From: a virus
Lineage: Duplodnaviria; Caudoviricetes
Virus record (IMG/VR): IMGVR_UViG_3300037493_003061
Location: 789 to 64,788 of that record
Reading direction: 5' to 3' (one strand)
DNA: 64,000 nt
Shown here in pieces: positions 32,054 through 41,900 of the stretch. Position numbers and translations under genes: made by a program. The stretch's first letter is position 1. Every line of letters starts with the position of its first letter. The notes under the pieces are model-generated. The model made no database searches. It was not told the DNA's origin and saw nothing but the letters and a program-made list of their open reading frames with translations.

Positions 32054-33463
32054 TTATTCAGGTTTTTCTTTTTTATCTTTATTATCGTCACTTTTTTGAT
32101 TTAATTTACGTTTCTCCATCAAATCTTTAATTCTCTGTCTATTTTGCTCTTCTTTTTGTTCTTCAAGACCTAAAAATGTCACTGATGATTCTGTATCAAT
32201 TTCTAACATTCCGTTATCAAATTTACAGTTCTCAAATACAACCCCATCATCACCAATACGTGATTTAGTGATAGCGATTGTTGCCAATTTCATTTCTTTT
32301 TGTTGTAATGTCTTAGCAACCGAGATAATAACGTGTCCTACTTGAGCTTTCTTAATTGAACCACCCATTTGGTCAGTAGTTACAACCTCAGATGAAATTG
32401 AACTTCTATTACCTTGAGTTGCTGTCCAACCAACTAAATCAAGTTCATGACACATAGCTTCAAAAGACCTCATCACAGACCCCTCAGATTTCCATTCATC
32501 ACTATGTTGTCTATCCGGTAATACACAGTCAATGTAATCCAAGAGAACCATATCCACTTTATTACCATCAGCAATCATTTTTCTGATTTGGTTTTTTATT
32601 TGGGACATTGATATAGTATCCGAAGGTAATTTTGTTAGGATTAATTGGTTCTCCATTTTTTCCTTAATTTCCTTAACCTTAATCATTACCTCATCTTTTC
32701 TACCCGATAATTCATCAGGGTGAACTTTAGTCCACAAAGTTATGTGTTTTCTTTGAATAATCTTAGGATTATCTTCAAAAAATATTTGAAGAACATTATA
32801 CCCTAAATTAAATGCGTTATTAGCAATTTTAGTTAATAACGTAGATTTACCCACACCTGTTGGTGCTAAGACAACACCAATTTCACCTTTAGCCAAACCA
32901 CCTTTTAATAAACGGTCAATACCAGGAATACCCATTGGTACAGGATGTCTATAATCCTCGTTTAAAACCGAATCTAAATCAGAAAACACGTCTGACATTC
33001 CACTTTCTCTTTGACCTACTTGTAAAGCATCTCTAACTAACTGTTCAACTTTATCATAGTTTTCAAATTCACCCCCATCAATAATTTTTTGAGCCTTGTT
33101 CATAACCTTTTGAAGTTCTTGTTGTTTACAAAACTTCATCGCTTTATCCTGAACAAAATCCCCACCTTCAATTGGTGATTCTTTGATTTTTTTAATGGTA
33201 TCAATAACCATTTTTGATGCCAGTTCTTGTTGTAATTCAGATTTCGTAATCTGTTCTAACGTATCATACGTTGGCGTGTGCTCGTATTTTACGTAATACT
33301 CTTTAATCATCTGCATGATTAATTTAAAGTATTTGTTTTCAAAGTAATTAACCTCAATAACGTCAATAATAGACCTGGCAAATTCCTTATCCATTATTAT
33401 TTGGTTTAATAACTGTAGCTGAAAACTACTCCCTAAATAATCAAAATTTTTCTTAGAACTCAT
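32054..33463 (-). CDS. Replicative DnaB/gp41-like helicase
   Basis: Walker [25 protein letters not shown]. Confidence 0.92.
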   Translation of the reverse strand: MSSKKNFDYLGSSFQLQLLNQIIMDKEFARSIIDVIEVNYFENKYFKLIMQMIKEYYVKYEHTPTYDTLEQITKSELQQELASKMVIDTIKKIKESPIEGGDFVQDKAMKFCKQQELQKVMNKAQKIIDGGEFENYDKVEQLVRDALQVGQRESGMSDVFSDLDSVLNEDYRHPVPMGIPGIDRLLKGGLAKGEIGVVLAPTGVGKSTLLTKIANNAFNLGYNVLQIFFEDNPKIIQRKHITLWTKVHPDELSGRKDEVMIKVKEIKEKMENQLILTKLPSDTISMSQIKNQIRKMIADGNKVDMVLLDYIDCVLPDRQHSDEWKSEGSVMRSFEAMCHELDLVGWTATQGNRSSISSEVVTTDQMGGSIKKAQVGHVIISVAKTLQQKEMKLATIAITKSRIGDDGVVFENCKFDNGMLEIDTESSVTFLGLEEQKEEQNRQRIKDLMEKRKLNQKSDDNKDKKEKPE

Positions 33464-33492
33464 ATGTTTTTATATTGTATTAATCATAAATA

Positions 33493-33945
33493 TTAAACCT
33501 CAAGTGGAACTCCAAGATATTCGTATGTTAAATTTTTAGATGAAAAAATGTCAGTCAAAGACATAAGTAAATTTTTTAGGTGTGGGCGTACATCCACAGT
33601 GTATCTTATCTTCGGAGGGTAGATTTTAGCGTCAAACTCTCTATGACAAATTGTCATGTCTCCCTCTTTAATATAGATACTAAATGACTCAGGCCCATCG
33701 GTATATGACGTTTCAAGTAATGATGGGTTGTTCATAATTTCATACATGTTATCCAACATATATGATGCTGTTTTCATCTTTAATTCTCTCTCCAAATCAA
33801 TCTTGAAATCTTTAATTAGATTATACAAATCCGTTGAACTTTTCGCTTTCGGGTTATAATCTTTAATGTTGAAAAGTCGTTGAACAATAATGTTATTATT
33901 CACTTTCATCAAAAATTCCAATTTTGTTGCTGTTTGTTCTTTCAT
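33493..33945 (-). CDS. Hypothetical protein in the replication cluster
   Basis: 150-aa ORF tightly packed between the exonuclease and helicase genes. Confidence 0.7.
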   Translation of the reverse strand: MKEQTATKLEFLMKVNNNIIVQRLFNIKDYNPKAKSSTDLYNLIKDFKIDLERELKMKTASYMLDNMYEIMNNPSLLETSYTDGPESFSIYIKEGDMTICHREFDAKIYPPKIRYTVDVRPHLKNLLMSLTDIFSSKNLTYEYLGVPLEV

Positions 33946-33949
33946 ACTT

Positions 33950-34948
33950 TTAATTTTTAAACTTTCTTTTTTCTTTTCTTGCCAATTTTAAATAGGGTGT
34001 CAAGAATTTTACCCATTCATTATCTCTTTTAGGTAGGTATTTAAATAATCCATCTTCCATCATCATTTTCATCAGATTCTTATACCCCCTACCTTCAGGG
34101 TCTAAAGTTTCTGTGTAATAAAGTTCTACAATTTCTTTTCCATCATCATTAATTAAAGGGTTAGACAAATCAACTATTTTTTCATTTATAACAAAAAACT
34201 CATCACCAAATATACCATTTTTTGTTTTACCGGTCAATAAATTTTTAAGGGTCGTGTTTTCTTTATCCTCTTTTAACATTAACTCCGCCTTTGTTAAAAT
34301 ATCGGAAACAGAAACTTCTTTATCAAGTATCTCAGGAAATAACTTGATAAATGTTTTTTCACCAAGATAATAAATACCATCAATATTGTCAGATTTATCA
34401 CCTGATAGTATTTTATAGGTCGTTATGTTCTGATGAGGTATCTCAATACCATCAATTTTGATTTTATCCCCATTCTTATACACTTTCTTTTGTGATGGGG
34501 AATAGACACTCACTTTATCAGAAATAAGTTGTGTGAGGTCTTTATCATCTGAGAATATCATTTTTTCTTCGTTAGGAGATATTTGACAATAATAGGCTAT
34601 AAGGTCGTCCGCCTCATTATTTGGAATGTCAATTTGTCTAACAAATGTTTCCTCTAAATATTGTTTGATTCTTTGTCGTTGTTGATGATAAGATTCTTCG
34701 TTAAAGTTTTTATTAACTCTACGATTTTCTTTGTACTGGGGGTATAGTAGCTTACGAGATGATGAGTTATCCTCACCATCCCAAATTGCCACTACTTTAT
34801 CAAAATTATGTTCTTCAATAAATCTTCTAATGGTATTTAAAAAGTGCCAAATTCCTCCCACATGTCTTCCTTCATGGTAAAAATCTTTAACTCCGTGAAA
34901 ACCTATTTTAAATAAATTTGAACTATCAATTAGTAATGTTTTAGTCAT
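33950..34948 (-). CDS. 5'-3' exonuclease / flap endonuclease (T4 RNase H / PolI N-domain-like)
   Basis: LLIDSSN, WDG, YKENR, EADDLIA, SDDKDLTQL, GDKSDNIDGI..LGEKT. Confidence 0.92.
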   Translation of the reverse strand: MTKTLLIDSSNLFKIGFHGVKDFYHEGRHVGGIWHFLNTIRRFIEEHNFDKVVAIWDGEDNSSSRKLLYPQYKENRRVNKNFNEESYHQQRQRIKQYLEETFVRQIDIPNNEADDLIAYYCQISPNEEKMIFSDDKDLTQLISDKVSVYSPSQKKVYKNGDKIKIDGIEIPHQNITTYKILSGDKSDNIDGIYYLGEKTFIKLFPEILDKEVSVSDILTKAELMLKEDKENTTLKNLLTGKTKNGIFGDEFFVINEKIVDLSNPLINDDGKEIVELYYTETLDPEGRGYKNLMKMMMEDGLFKYLPKRDNEWVKFLTPYLKLARKEKRKFKN

Positions 34949-35864
34949 TAATCTGTGAATTTACAGGTTCTACAATCTTGTTACTTTTTTGTTTTTTAAT
35001 TCTTTCTAAAAATTTTTCTTTATATCTCTCAATCCAAACTATCTCACCACTTTCATATAAATTAAAAATCTCATCATCTGTTAATTTTTTAACATCTCTT
35101 AATTTATAAATTAAACCCCTTCTTTCACAAAATTTTTCAGCTTCAATTTTTTTCTTAGACACAATTTCCGTAAACCAAAGTTTTCTTGGTTTACACTCAA
35201 CCATATATTTGTCGTTTATAATAAAATCAGGAAAATAATTTTTCGTCTTACCTTTGTGTTCAAAAGTAATTTTATACTCTTTTGACTCACCTGTTTTCCA
35301 ATTTAAATTATATTTTTCAATAACATTTATTACATAACTTAATTCTATTAAACTTCTAAAATACCATCCTTTATACCATCCTGACCAACCATTACCTGAA
35401 CCAAACGGGGGAGTTTTACCAAACCAATAACATTTTTCACCTCTATTATTTTCTGACTGTTTTTTTTTATATTCTAAAAGTTTTTCATCAGCGATTTCTT
35501 TACCATATTTTTCAACCCATATCTTATAGAATGAATTATTTCTCATAGGTGAATTTTTTTTCATCCATTCACTTAAAATTTGACGGTGTTCAATAGACTT
35601 TATTTTTTCATAATATTCACTTCTTTTTTCACTGTTCTTAGAAGTTTCAATCATTTTATCCATTGATTCCTTAGTGTGTTTTCTATTATAAAAAGGATTT
35701 TTACTCCCTATTTTAAGACATGATGAACACACACCAGGGGTTTTATTTCTTTTTAACCCCGTACTATAAACCATTCTTTTAGAATATTTAATTATTTCCC
35801 CACATTCTTCACAATTAATATAACAAGGTGTCTGATGACCTATAGCTTCTTCACATTTACACAT
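34941..35864 (-). mobile_element. Free-standing homing-endonuclease-like gene (Zn ribbon + NUMOD3 + TnsA-like PD-(D/E)XK nuclease)
   Basis: CEEC/CSSC, NPFYNRKHTKES (NUMOD3-like), FRSLIE, YFPDF..VECKP; lies between recA and the exonuclease with its own TATTTATA. Confidence 0.7.
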
Positions 35865-35919
35865 ATATTATAAATACGTATAAATCCCGAAAAAGAATGT
35901 CCAATTAACAATTTTATTG

Positions 35920-36918
35920 TTATTCAACAAAGTCAACACCTAAATCAACACTTTCGGTCTCAGTTAATTCAAAATTTCCACTACCCAGTTTTTGAGACCA
36001 ATAATCAGAAAATTCTTTTTTGTATTTGTCTAAAGCCTCTTTAGTATCCGCAATATATCCGTTATGAACCGCAATTATTTTAGAATCTTTATATCCCAAT
36101 CCATTTACGTGATTTTTTAATATGGAGATTTTAGTTCTAACGGCAAAAGATACTTTTCTACCATTTTTAGTTGCTTCAATATGATTAACACCGGAACTTT
36201 TTTGGTTACCAAATAAAAACACTAACGAAGATGATAAAAATAACGCCTGCCCACCTTTTGGCATCACTGAAGGTTGTCCAAATGGGTTCTCAGGCAACTG
36301 AACCCAAACTTGGTTCACCACGACCATTGTATTATAATAAGGATAGTCCTCTTTTTTTGATTTCGTAATTCTTGAATGTAGACCTCTACCAATTTTATCA
36401 GCCAATACTCGGGAATCGTGCATTGTACCACCCGCTCCGTCGTAAGTTTGTTTACAAGGTATTGAACCGATTGAATCAACACAAAATAAAATACTATAAG
36501 GTATATCTCCCTTTTCTTGAGCATCCAATATTTCATTCATGAAATCAGTTATTTGTTCAATATATTCAAATGAATCATTAAAAATGAATTGACCTTCCCA
36601 TTCACCATCTTCATTCTTCTCCGCTTGTACCCCCAACTCAACAGCATGGTCCCATGACCACTTGCGTTCCGTAATAATAAACACTGGTAGGTGACCTTTT
36701 TGTTGAGCATCCGCGGCTGCTAATATCATTGCAGTTGTTTTTGATGAATTACTGTGCCCGATATTAAGATTTATCCCCCCCATAACAGGACCTGGTAATC
36801 CGCAAGCATCCATGAATGCTTCACCACAATTATAAAAACTCTCAGGTTTATATTTAGTTTTCGTTGAGAATTTACTTTTAACATCGTTAAAATTAAACTC
36901 TTTCTTTTTTATTGCCAT
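35920..36918 (-). CDS. RecA/UvsX-like recombinase
   Basis: GHSNSSKTT Walker A variant, VDSIGS Walker B, VVVNQV, PKGG, KNHV. Confidence 0.85.
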   Translation of the reverse strand: MAIKKKEFNFNDVKSKFSTKTKYKPESFYNCGEAFMDACGLPGPVMGGINLNIGHSNSSKTTAMILAAADAQQKGHLPVFIITERKWSWDHAVELGVQAEKNEDGEWEGQFIFNDSFEYIEQITDFMNEILDAQEKGDIPYSILFCVDSIGSIPCKQTYDGAGGTMHDSRVLADKIGRGLHSRITKSKKEDYPYYNTMVVVNQVWVQLPENPFGQPSVMPKGGQALFLSSSLVFLFGNQKSSGVNHIEATKNGRKVSFAVRTKISILKNHVNGLGYKDSKIIAVHNGYIADTKEALDKYKKEFSDYWSQKLGSGNFELTETESVDLGVDFVE

Positions 36919-36943
36919 ATTTTTTTTAGTTTTAATAAAAGAT

Positions 36944-36976
36944 AAAAAAAGGTAGTGATTTTGTCAATCACTACCT
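36944..36976 (-). terminator. Terminator after the SSB gene
   Basis: Perfect 11-bp stem aggtagtgatt/aatcactacct with a T-run on the - strand. Confidence 0.8.
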
Positions 36977-36990
36977 ATGTAATATTTAAA

Positions 36991-37851
36991 TTAGAATGGA
37001 AGGTCTTCTTCAGGTTCGTCATTCGCTTGAGAATCAACTAAAACTTCTGTTTTAGCTTTTGATGCACCTCCGAATGTTTCTTCAGATACTTCAGTATCAC
37101 CGTAAGTGTACTTACCTAAATTAGTATCCCATTTTGGTGTTTGACCATTAGCGATTGCCTCTAAGTACTCAACAGGTTTCTTAGAATAAACGTCTCTCCA
37201 AGTTAATGGGTCGTTTACCCATGTGTTAGCAGTTTCTTTATCCTCGTGAACAGGTGCTGGGTCATCGTACATAACTGTTTGGATAACAGTGTATTCTTTC
37301 CCTTTTGGTGTCTTAGCTTTAGTTAATTCAAGGATAATGTCTCTACCGTTATCAGGGTCAGTGATATCACCTTTAGCTCTCCAAATAGGGATGATTTTGT
37401 CTAACACACCTTCATTTTTGTAGTTGTGTTTAAAACGCCAGAACTTAACACCATCTTCAGGTCTGTCTCGGTCAATAACTTTAACGATATAAAATTTACG
37501 AGCTCTATAATCAGCCGCTAATTTTTTATCGCTTTCTTTACCTGTTGACATCAACTCTTCATAAACTTCAGATAGGGGTGAACGCTCATTGTCGTTTTTA
37601 CTTGGGTCAAATAATTTAATATATTGCCCGTCCACTTGTATTTCGTGGAACCACGCTTCAACGAATGGTGAACCACCATCAGTTGCTGGTAAAATTCTCA
37701 GTCTTTTTTGACCTTGTTTTTCATTTTTTTCTAAGATAGCTGCGAAGTATCTTTTCATTCTGTCTTCTTGAGACATTTTTGGGGTAAAATTACCCGTTTG
37801 TTGTGCCTTCTCGTACTGAGATAACACCGCGTCTAAACTGTTTGTCGCCAT
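36991..37851 (-). CDS. Single-stranded DNA-binding protein (T4 gp32-like)
   Basis: RLRILP...PF...FH, VIDR, GDITDP..GRDI, acidic tail ending EEDLPF. Confidence 0.85.
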   Translation of the reverse strand: MATNSLDAVLSQYEKAQQTGNFTPKMSQEDRMKRYFAAILEKNEKQGQKRLRILPATDGGSPFVEAWFHEIQVDGQYIKLFDPSKNDNERSPLSEVYEELMSTGKESDKKLAADYRARKFYIVKVIDRDRPEDGVKFWRFKHNYKNEGVLDKIIPIWRAKGDITDPDNGRDIILELTKAKTPKGKEYTVIQTVMYDDPAPVHEDKETANTWVNDPLTWRDVYSKKPVEYLEAIANGQTPKWDTNLGKYTYGDTEVSEETFGGASKAKTEVLVDSQANDEPEEDLPF

Positions 37852-37877
37852 ATATGTTAATTTAAATTGTTTACTAA

Positions 37878-37906
37878 ATTATAATCTAAAAATTCTTGTC
37901 AGTCAA
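37878..37906 (-). promoter_or_regulatory. Sigma70-type early/middle promoter for the SSB-recA replication block
   Basis: - strand TTGACT-N17-TATAAT, 26 nt upstream of the SSB ATG. Confidence 0.7.
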
Positions 37907-37916
37907 TTCTGTCAGT

Positions 37917-37947
37917 AAAAAAAAACGGACCTAAACCCGTTTTTTTT
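37917..37947. terminator. Bidirectional terminator-like hairpin
   Basis: A9-CGG-ACCTAAAC-CCG-T8, separating the structural block from the replication block. Confidence 0.55.
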
Positions 37948-37949
37948 CT

Positions 37950-38657
37950 TTATTGTATTCTTTTAAAATTATCAGGTTGTTTCCCATCCTCAAAACTTCT
38001 AAAAGATTTTCTCACATCACTTGGTGAATAATCTTCAACGTCGTCTTGAGTTAAAATATACTCATCTCTACCCTGTTTGTCAAATTTTTCTTCATTATCT
38101 TGGAAATAAGTACTCAACTTTTGGTTGAATGGTCCTGAATCTAAACTTCTTAACTCCATTTTTTCTTCAGGCGATTTTGTTCTGTACTTCTCAACTTTTG
38201 CTTCCAAGTCATTTAACTTATTAACGATATTATCCATTTCACCTAACTTATCCTCAAGATTTGTTAATTGACCAAATAATTGTTCAAAATATTCTTCTTG
38301 TTTTTTCTCAACATTTTTTTGAGATTTAACTAAGTCAGTTATTTCTAATTCGTTGTTATCTTTTTCTTTGTCATCAAGTTTTTCAACATCAGGGTCTGAA
38401 GAAACATCAATTGGTTCAGCAATTGGTTCAGGTGTCGCTTCAGGGGATGCTGGAGCTCCAGGTAATGCTGCAGCATCAGGTTGTGGTAATTCACCACCTA
38501 CAGGTGCACCCATATCAGGTGGTAACGCTCCCGCAGCATCAGCTGGTGGTGGGGGTAATTCAGCACCCGCGTCTTGTTCAGTTATATATCTATTAATTGA
38601 GTTATATCTTTTTAACTCATTTAAAATTTTAACATCTATTCTCATGTTCTTATCCAT
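37950..38657 (-). CDS. Hypothetical protein with Pro/Ala acidic linker and coiled coil (possible head-internal/scaffold-like)
   Basis: ITEQ followed by a P/A/D/E-rich segment and heptad coiled coil. Confidence 0.6.
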   Translation of the reverse strand: MDKNMRIDVKILNELKRYNSINRYITEQDAGAELPPPPADAAGALPPDMGAPVGGELPQPDAAALPGAPASPEATPEPIAEPIDVSSDPDVEKLDDKEKDNNELEITDLVKSQKNVEKKQEEYFEQLFGQLTNLEDKLGEMDNIVNKLNDLEAKVEKYRTKSPEEKMELRSLDSGPFNQKLSTYFQDNEEKFDKQGRDEYILTQDDVEDYSPSDVRKSFRSFEDGKQPDNFKRIQ

Positions 38658-38874
38658 TTAACAATTGTTTAACTCCGTTATGTGTTTCTACCTGAACTCG
38701 TCTGTTTTTATTGATAGTGTTATCAACTCTTTCAATTAAACCGTCTTTCATTCTAATAGTATAACAATCGCCAGTATCTAAATCACAAACTTGTTTAGTA
38801 CCGTTACCCATGTCTTTTTCCGTTGTTTTAGTATTCTTACCTAAGTAATTATCTAATATTAGTTTAGTATTCAT
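38650..38874 (-). CDS. Small hypothetical protein
   Basis: 74 aa, CDLDTGDC motif; preceded by TATTTATA (38889-38896). Confidence 0.65.
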   Translation of the reverse strand: MNTKLILDNYLGKNTKTTEKDMGNGTKQVCDLDTGDCYTIRMKDGLIERVDNTINKNRRVQVETHNGVKQLLNG

Positions 38875-38906
38875 AATATATCTTTCTATATAAATATCAT
38901 CATTTT

Positions 38907-41900
38907 TTAATTTGTTGCATTAAATACGTCAATTGATTTTTGAACCTTATTCTCCAAATTTTTCAATTTAGTTTTATCATAACTATCATAAACATTTATA
39001 CTCTTCATTGTTGGTCCATTAATTGTTAAGTTATTAATAATTAAAAACTTAGCGATAGATGATGCCGTCACTTCAACACCACTCATTCTATCTTTAAATC
39101 TTGCAACTACAAATTTTAAATGGTTATATAAATCGTTAAATATTGCATATGGTAGTGTTGTACTATCATTTGCCGATGTAAGACAATAAAATTGTTTATT
39201 ATTATCAAAGAATTTACTTGCATATCCCCATTTTCCACCTGATAATGTTACACCAGCATAATTATTTTCATATGCCGTCATTTTAAGGTCTCCATTTGCA
39301 GATTCAACGTATAACGCCGCAAACACAACATACTGTAAATTACTTTCATTAATATTATCAGATGATATCACATTTCTAAGGTCATGTTTAACTTTACTAA
39401 AAGTTGAATTATTTATTGTTGGAGTAATGTCATGATAGGTATCATAAGGTGAAACTGGTTTACATGATTGAGGTTGTGTTAATTCTTTATCACCACCACT
39501 AATAGCTTGTATTTTTTCTTGTTGTGATTTAGCCGTTCCATCAGCATTTTTAGTTGATTTTTCTTTAGCAATCCTATCCTTCTTGTTATTTTCAATAACA
39601 CTTTTCAATAAGTTTGTTCTCAATGTCTGAATATAACCATCAATCTTAGGTAATGACGCTGTTGGTTGTCGTATACCCGTTATTATCGTTTCAAATGAAC
39701 CTTGAGTTATTGAATGACTAACCGTTTGAATCATATATGGACCATTAAACATTGGAACATACCTTAAATTGAAATACATCGTTGGTTGTATTAACGCATT
39801 ACCCATCATTGATACGGTACACGTATAACTTCTATTTTTATATAAATTATACAAGGATAAACTTTGCGTACTACCACCTCTATTACCGGCCTGATTCGCC
39901 GTTTGGTTAAGTACCTCCAAAGATTCCACCGTTGATGAACTATTTTTTTGGTCAACCATAAACCCATAAAACATTGATTGATTTTGAGGACCGATATCCA
40001 CATTAAACCCAACAACTTTATTAGACTTATCCCAATCTTTTTTACCTACTTGATTTTCAACTAATGGATTGTCAACACGTCTTAAATCAAACGCATCATT
40101 TCTATATCTATAATCAACATTGTCTTTCAAATCTAATTGTTCGGAATTTTTATTCGCATAATAACAAACCATTTTAGGACCCGATTCTCTATAATCAACA
40201 TTCATAAATGTACCAAATAAAGTATTGGCAAATTCTAAACTACCTTCAGGTTTTGGTTTAGGGTTTTTACTCACATCTTGCACATTATAAAAATTCACAT
40301 ATGATGGTAAATTATGTACCACAAAATTGTTTTCTTGTAATAAAGTTTGTATGAAAACTAACATACTAACTTTAGGTGAATCTAAGATATTTTGTAATCT
40401 ATTTTTTAATTTATAAACATCAACCAAAACTTTATCACCAATATTTCTACTAGCTCTATCTAATAACAACACATCTTCAAATAATGTTTTAACTTTAAAA
40501 TCATTACCCGATATCCATTTATCATTTAATGATTTGAACGACTCCCAAAGTTCTATCTTTGTTTGAGGACCTTCCAAATCAGATGCGATTTGATTCTCAG
40601 GACTATTATTAACATTTGGTAACTTTTTATTTAAAGTTATCATAACGTTATTAAACACTTTATCCTGAAAAGAATCAATTTCTCTAATATATTGAGTCAT
40701 TGATGTTAAAAACTTAACACTATTATACGTGTTATCTTTTAATTTTGCCGTAGCATATATTTTGATTAAAGGCGCGAAATTTTTAATATTAAGAACATCA
40801 AATGAAACATTATTATCTATAAAGAAATCTGTAATATAAGAACCATTATTATCATAAACTAATTTATCAATCGTGGAGAACCCAACATAAGTTTTAAGTG
40901 CTTTCCATTCATCAGGATAAGTTGTTATAGACGTTGCCAAAGTTGTATTTGGGGGTAAAGCGTTTGGCGTTTGAATCGTATAATTACCAAATGTATATGG
41001 GTCAACGATACTTAAATTTGAAAACGTGTAAAAAAGTTTTTTATCATAACTACTTGGATTACCGTATTTAATTAATTTATTGTAATTTAAAAAATTAGTA
41101 ATATATAGGTTAAAATTTTTAACTTGTTCGTCTTGCATTTTTAAAACCAACTCATTGGTTGTGTCCCCCGTTGTTTTAGGTATTTTAGCTAAATTCCTCA
41201 TCATTCCTTGGAAATTACGTAAGTAATCACCATCAAGTGAATCATAAATAGATTTTGAATAATTTAAAAACTCAGTTTCAAACATATCAAGAACCTCTTT
41301 TTCAAACACACTAAACATTTCCTCAATCTCACTATATTGGTCACCTTTCCCATTAATTGAAAAATTTTCTTGTCCTGATTGACCTGAAAAAATTTCTTTT
41401 AAATATTGTGATGGACTTGGTTTAACAAGTTTATTTATATCAAAATAACCATAGTTTGGTGCCGCCCAAAATGACCTTACCGAACCATCATATACTGCGG
41501 TATTACCCGTAATTTCAATACTTTGAGTACCATCAGGTTTAAAACACTCATTTTCTGTTTGATTCAATATTGAACCTTCAGATGGCATTAAGAAAAAACT
41601 TTTATCGTCTAACGTTTTAACATGTATTGTCCAAGGAATAACCATTAAATCTCTAGGTGCCGCCACAGTACTATTAAGTAAATTATTACTTTTATTAATA
41701 ATCGCACTATCAACATAATTTAATGTTAATCCTGAAGTAATTCCTTTTTGAATATCCGATGAGGTATATCCCGAATACAACATAAATCCTTGATAGAAAA
41801 CGTTAAAATCATTTATTGTTTTAGGGTAAAAACCAACATTTACTAAGGATGACACACTATTAGTTATTGACGTATTTTTTTCTAAGATAATATCATAATT

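Noticed and set aside
28669-33463. Introns or inteins in nrdA, nrdB or helicase
   Set aside because: Lengths are typical, ORFs are uninterrupted and no intein C...HN motifs are visible.
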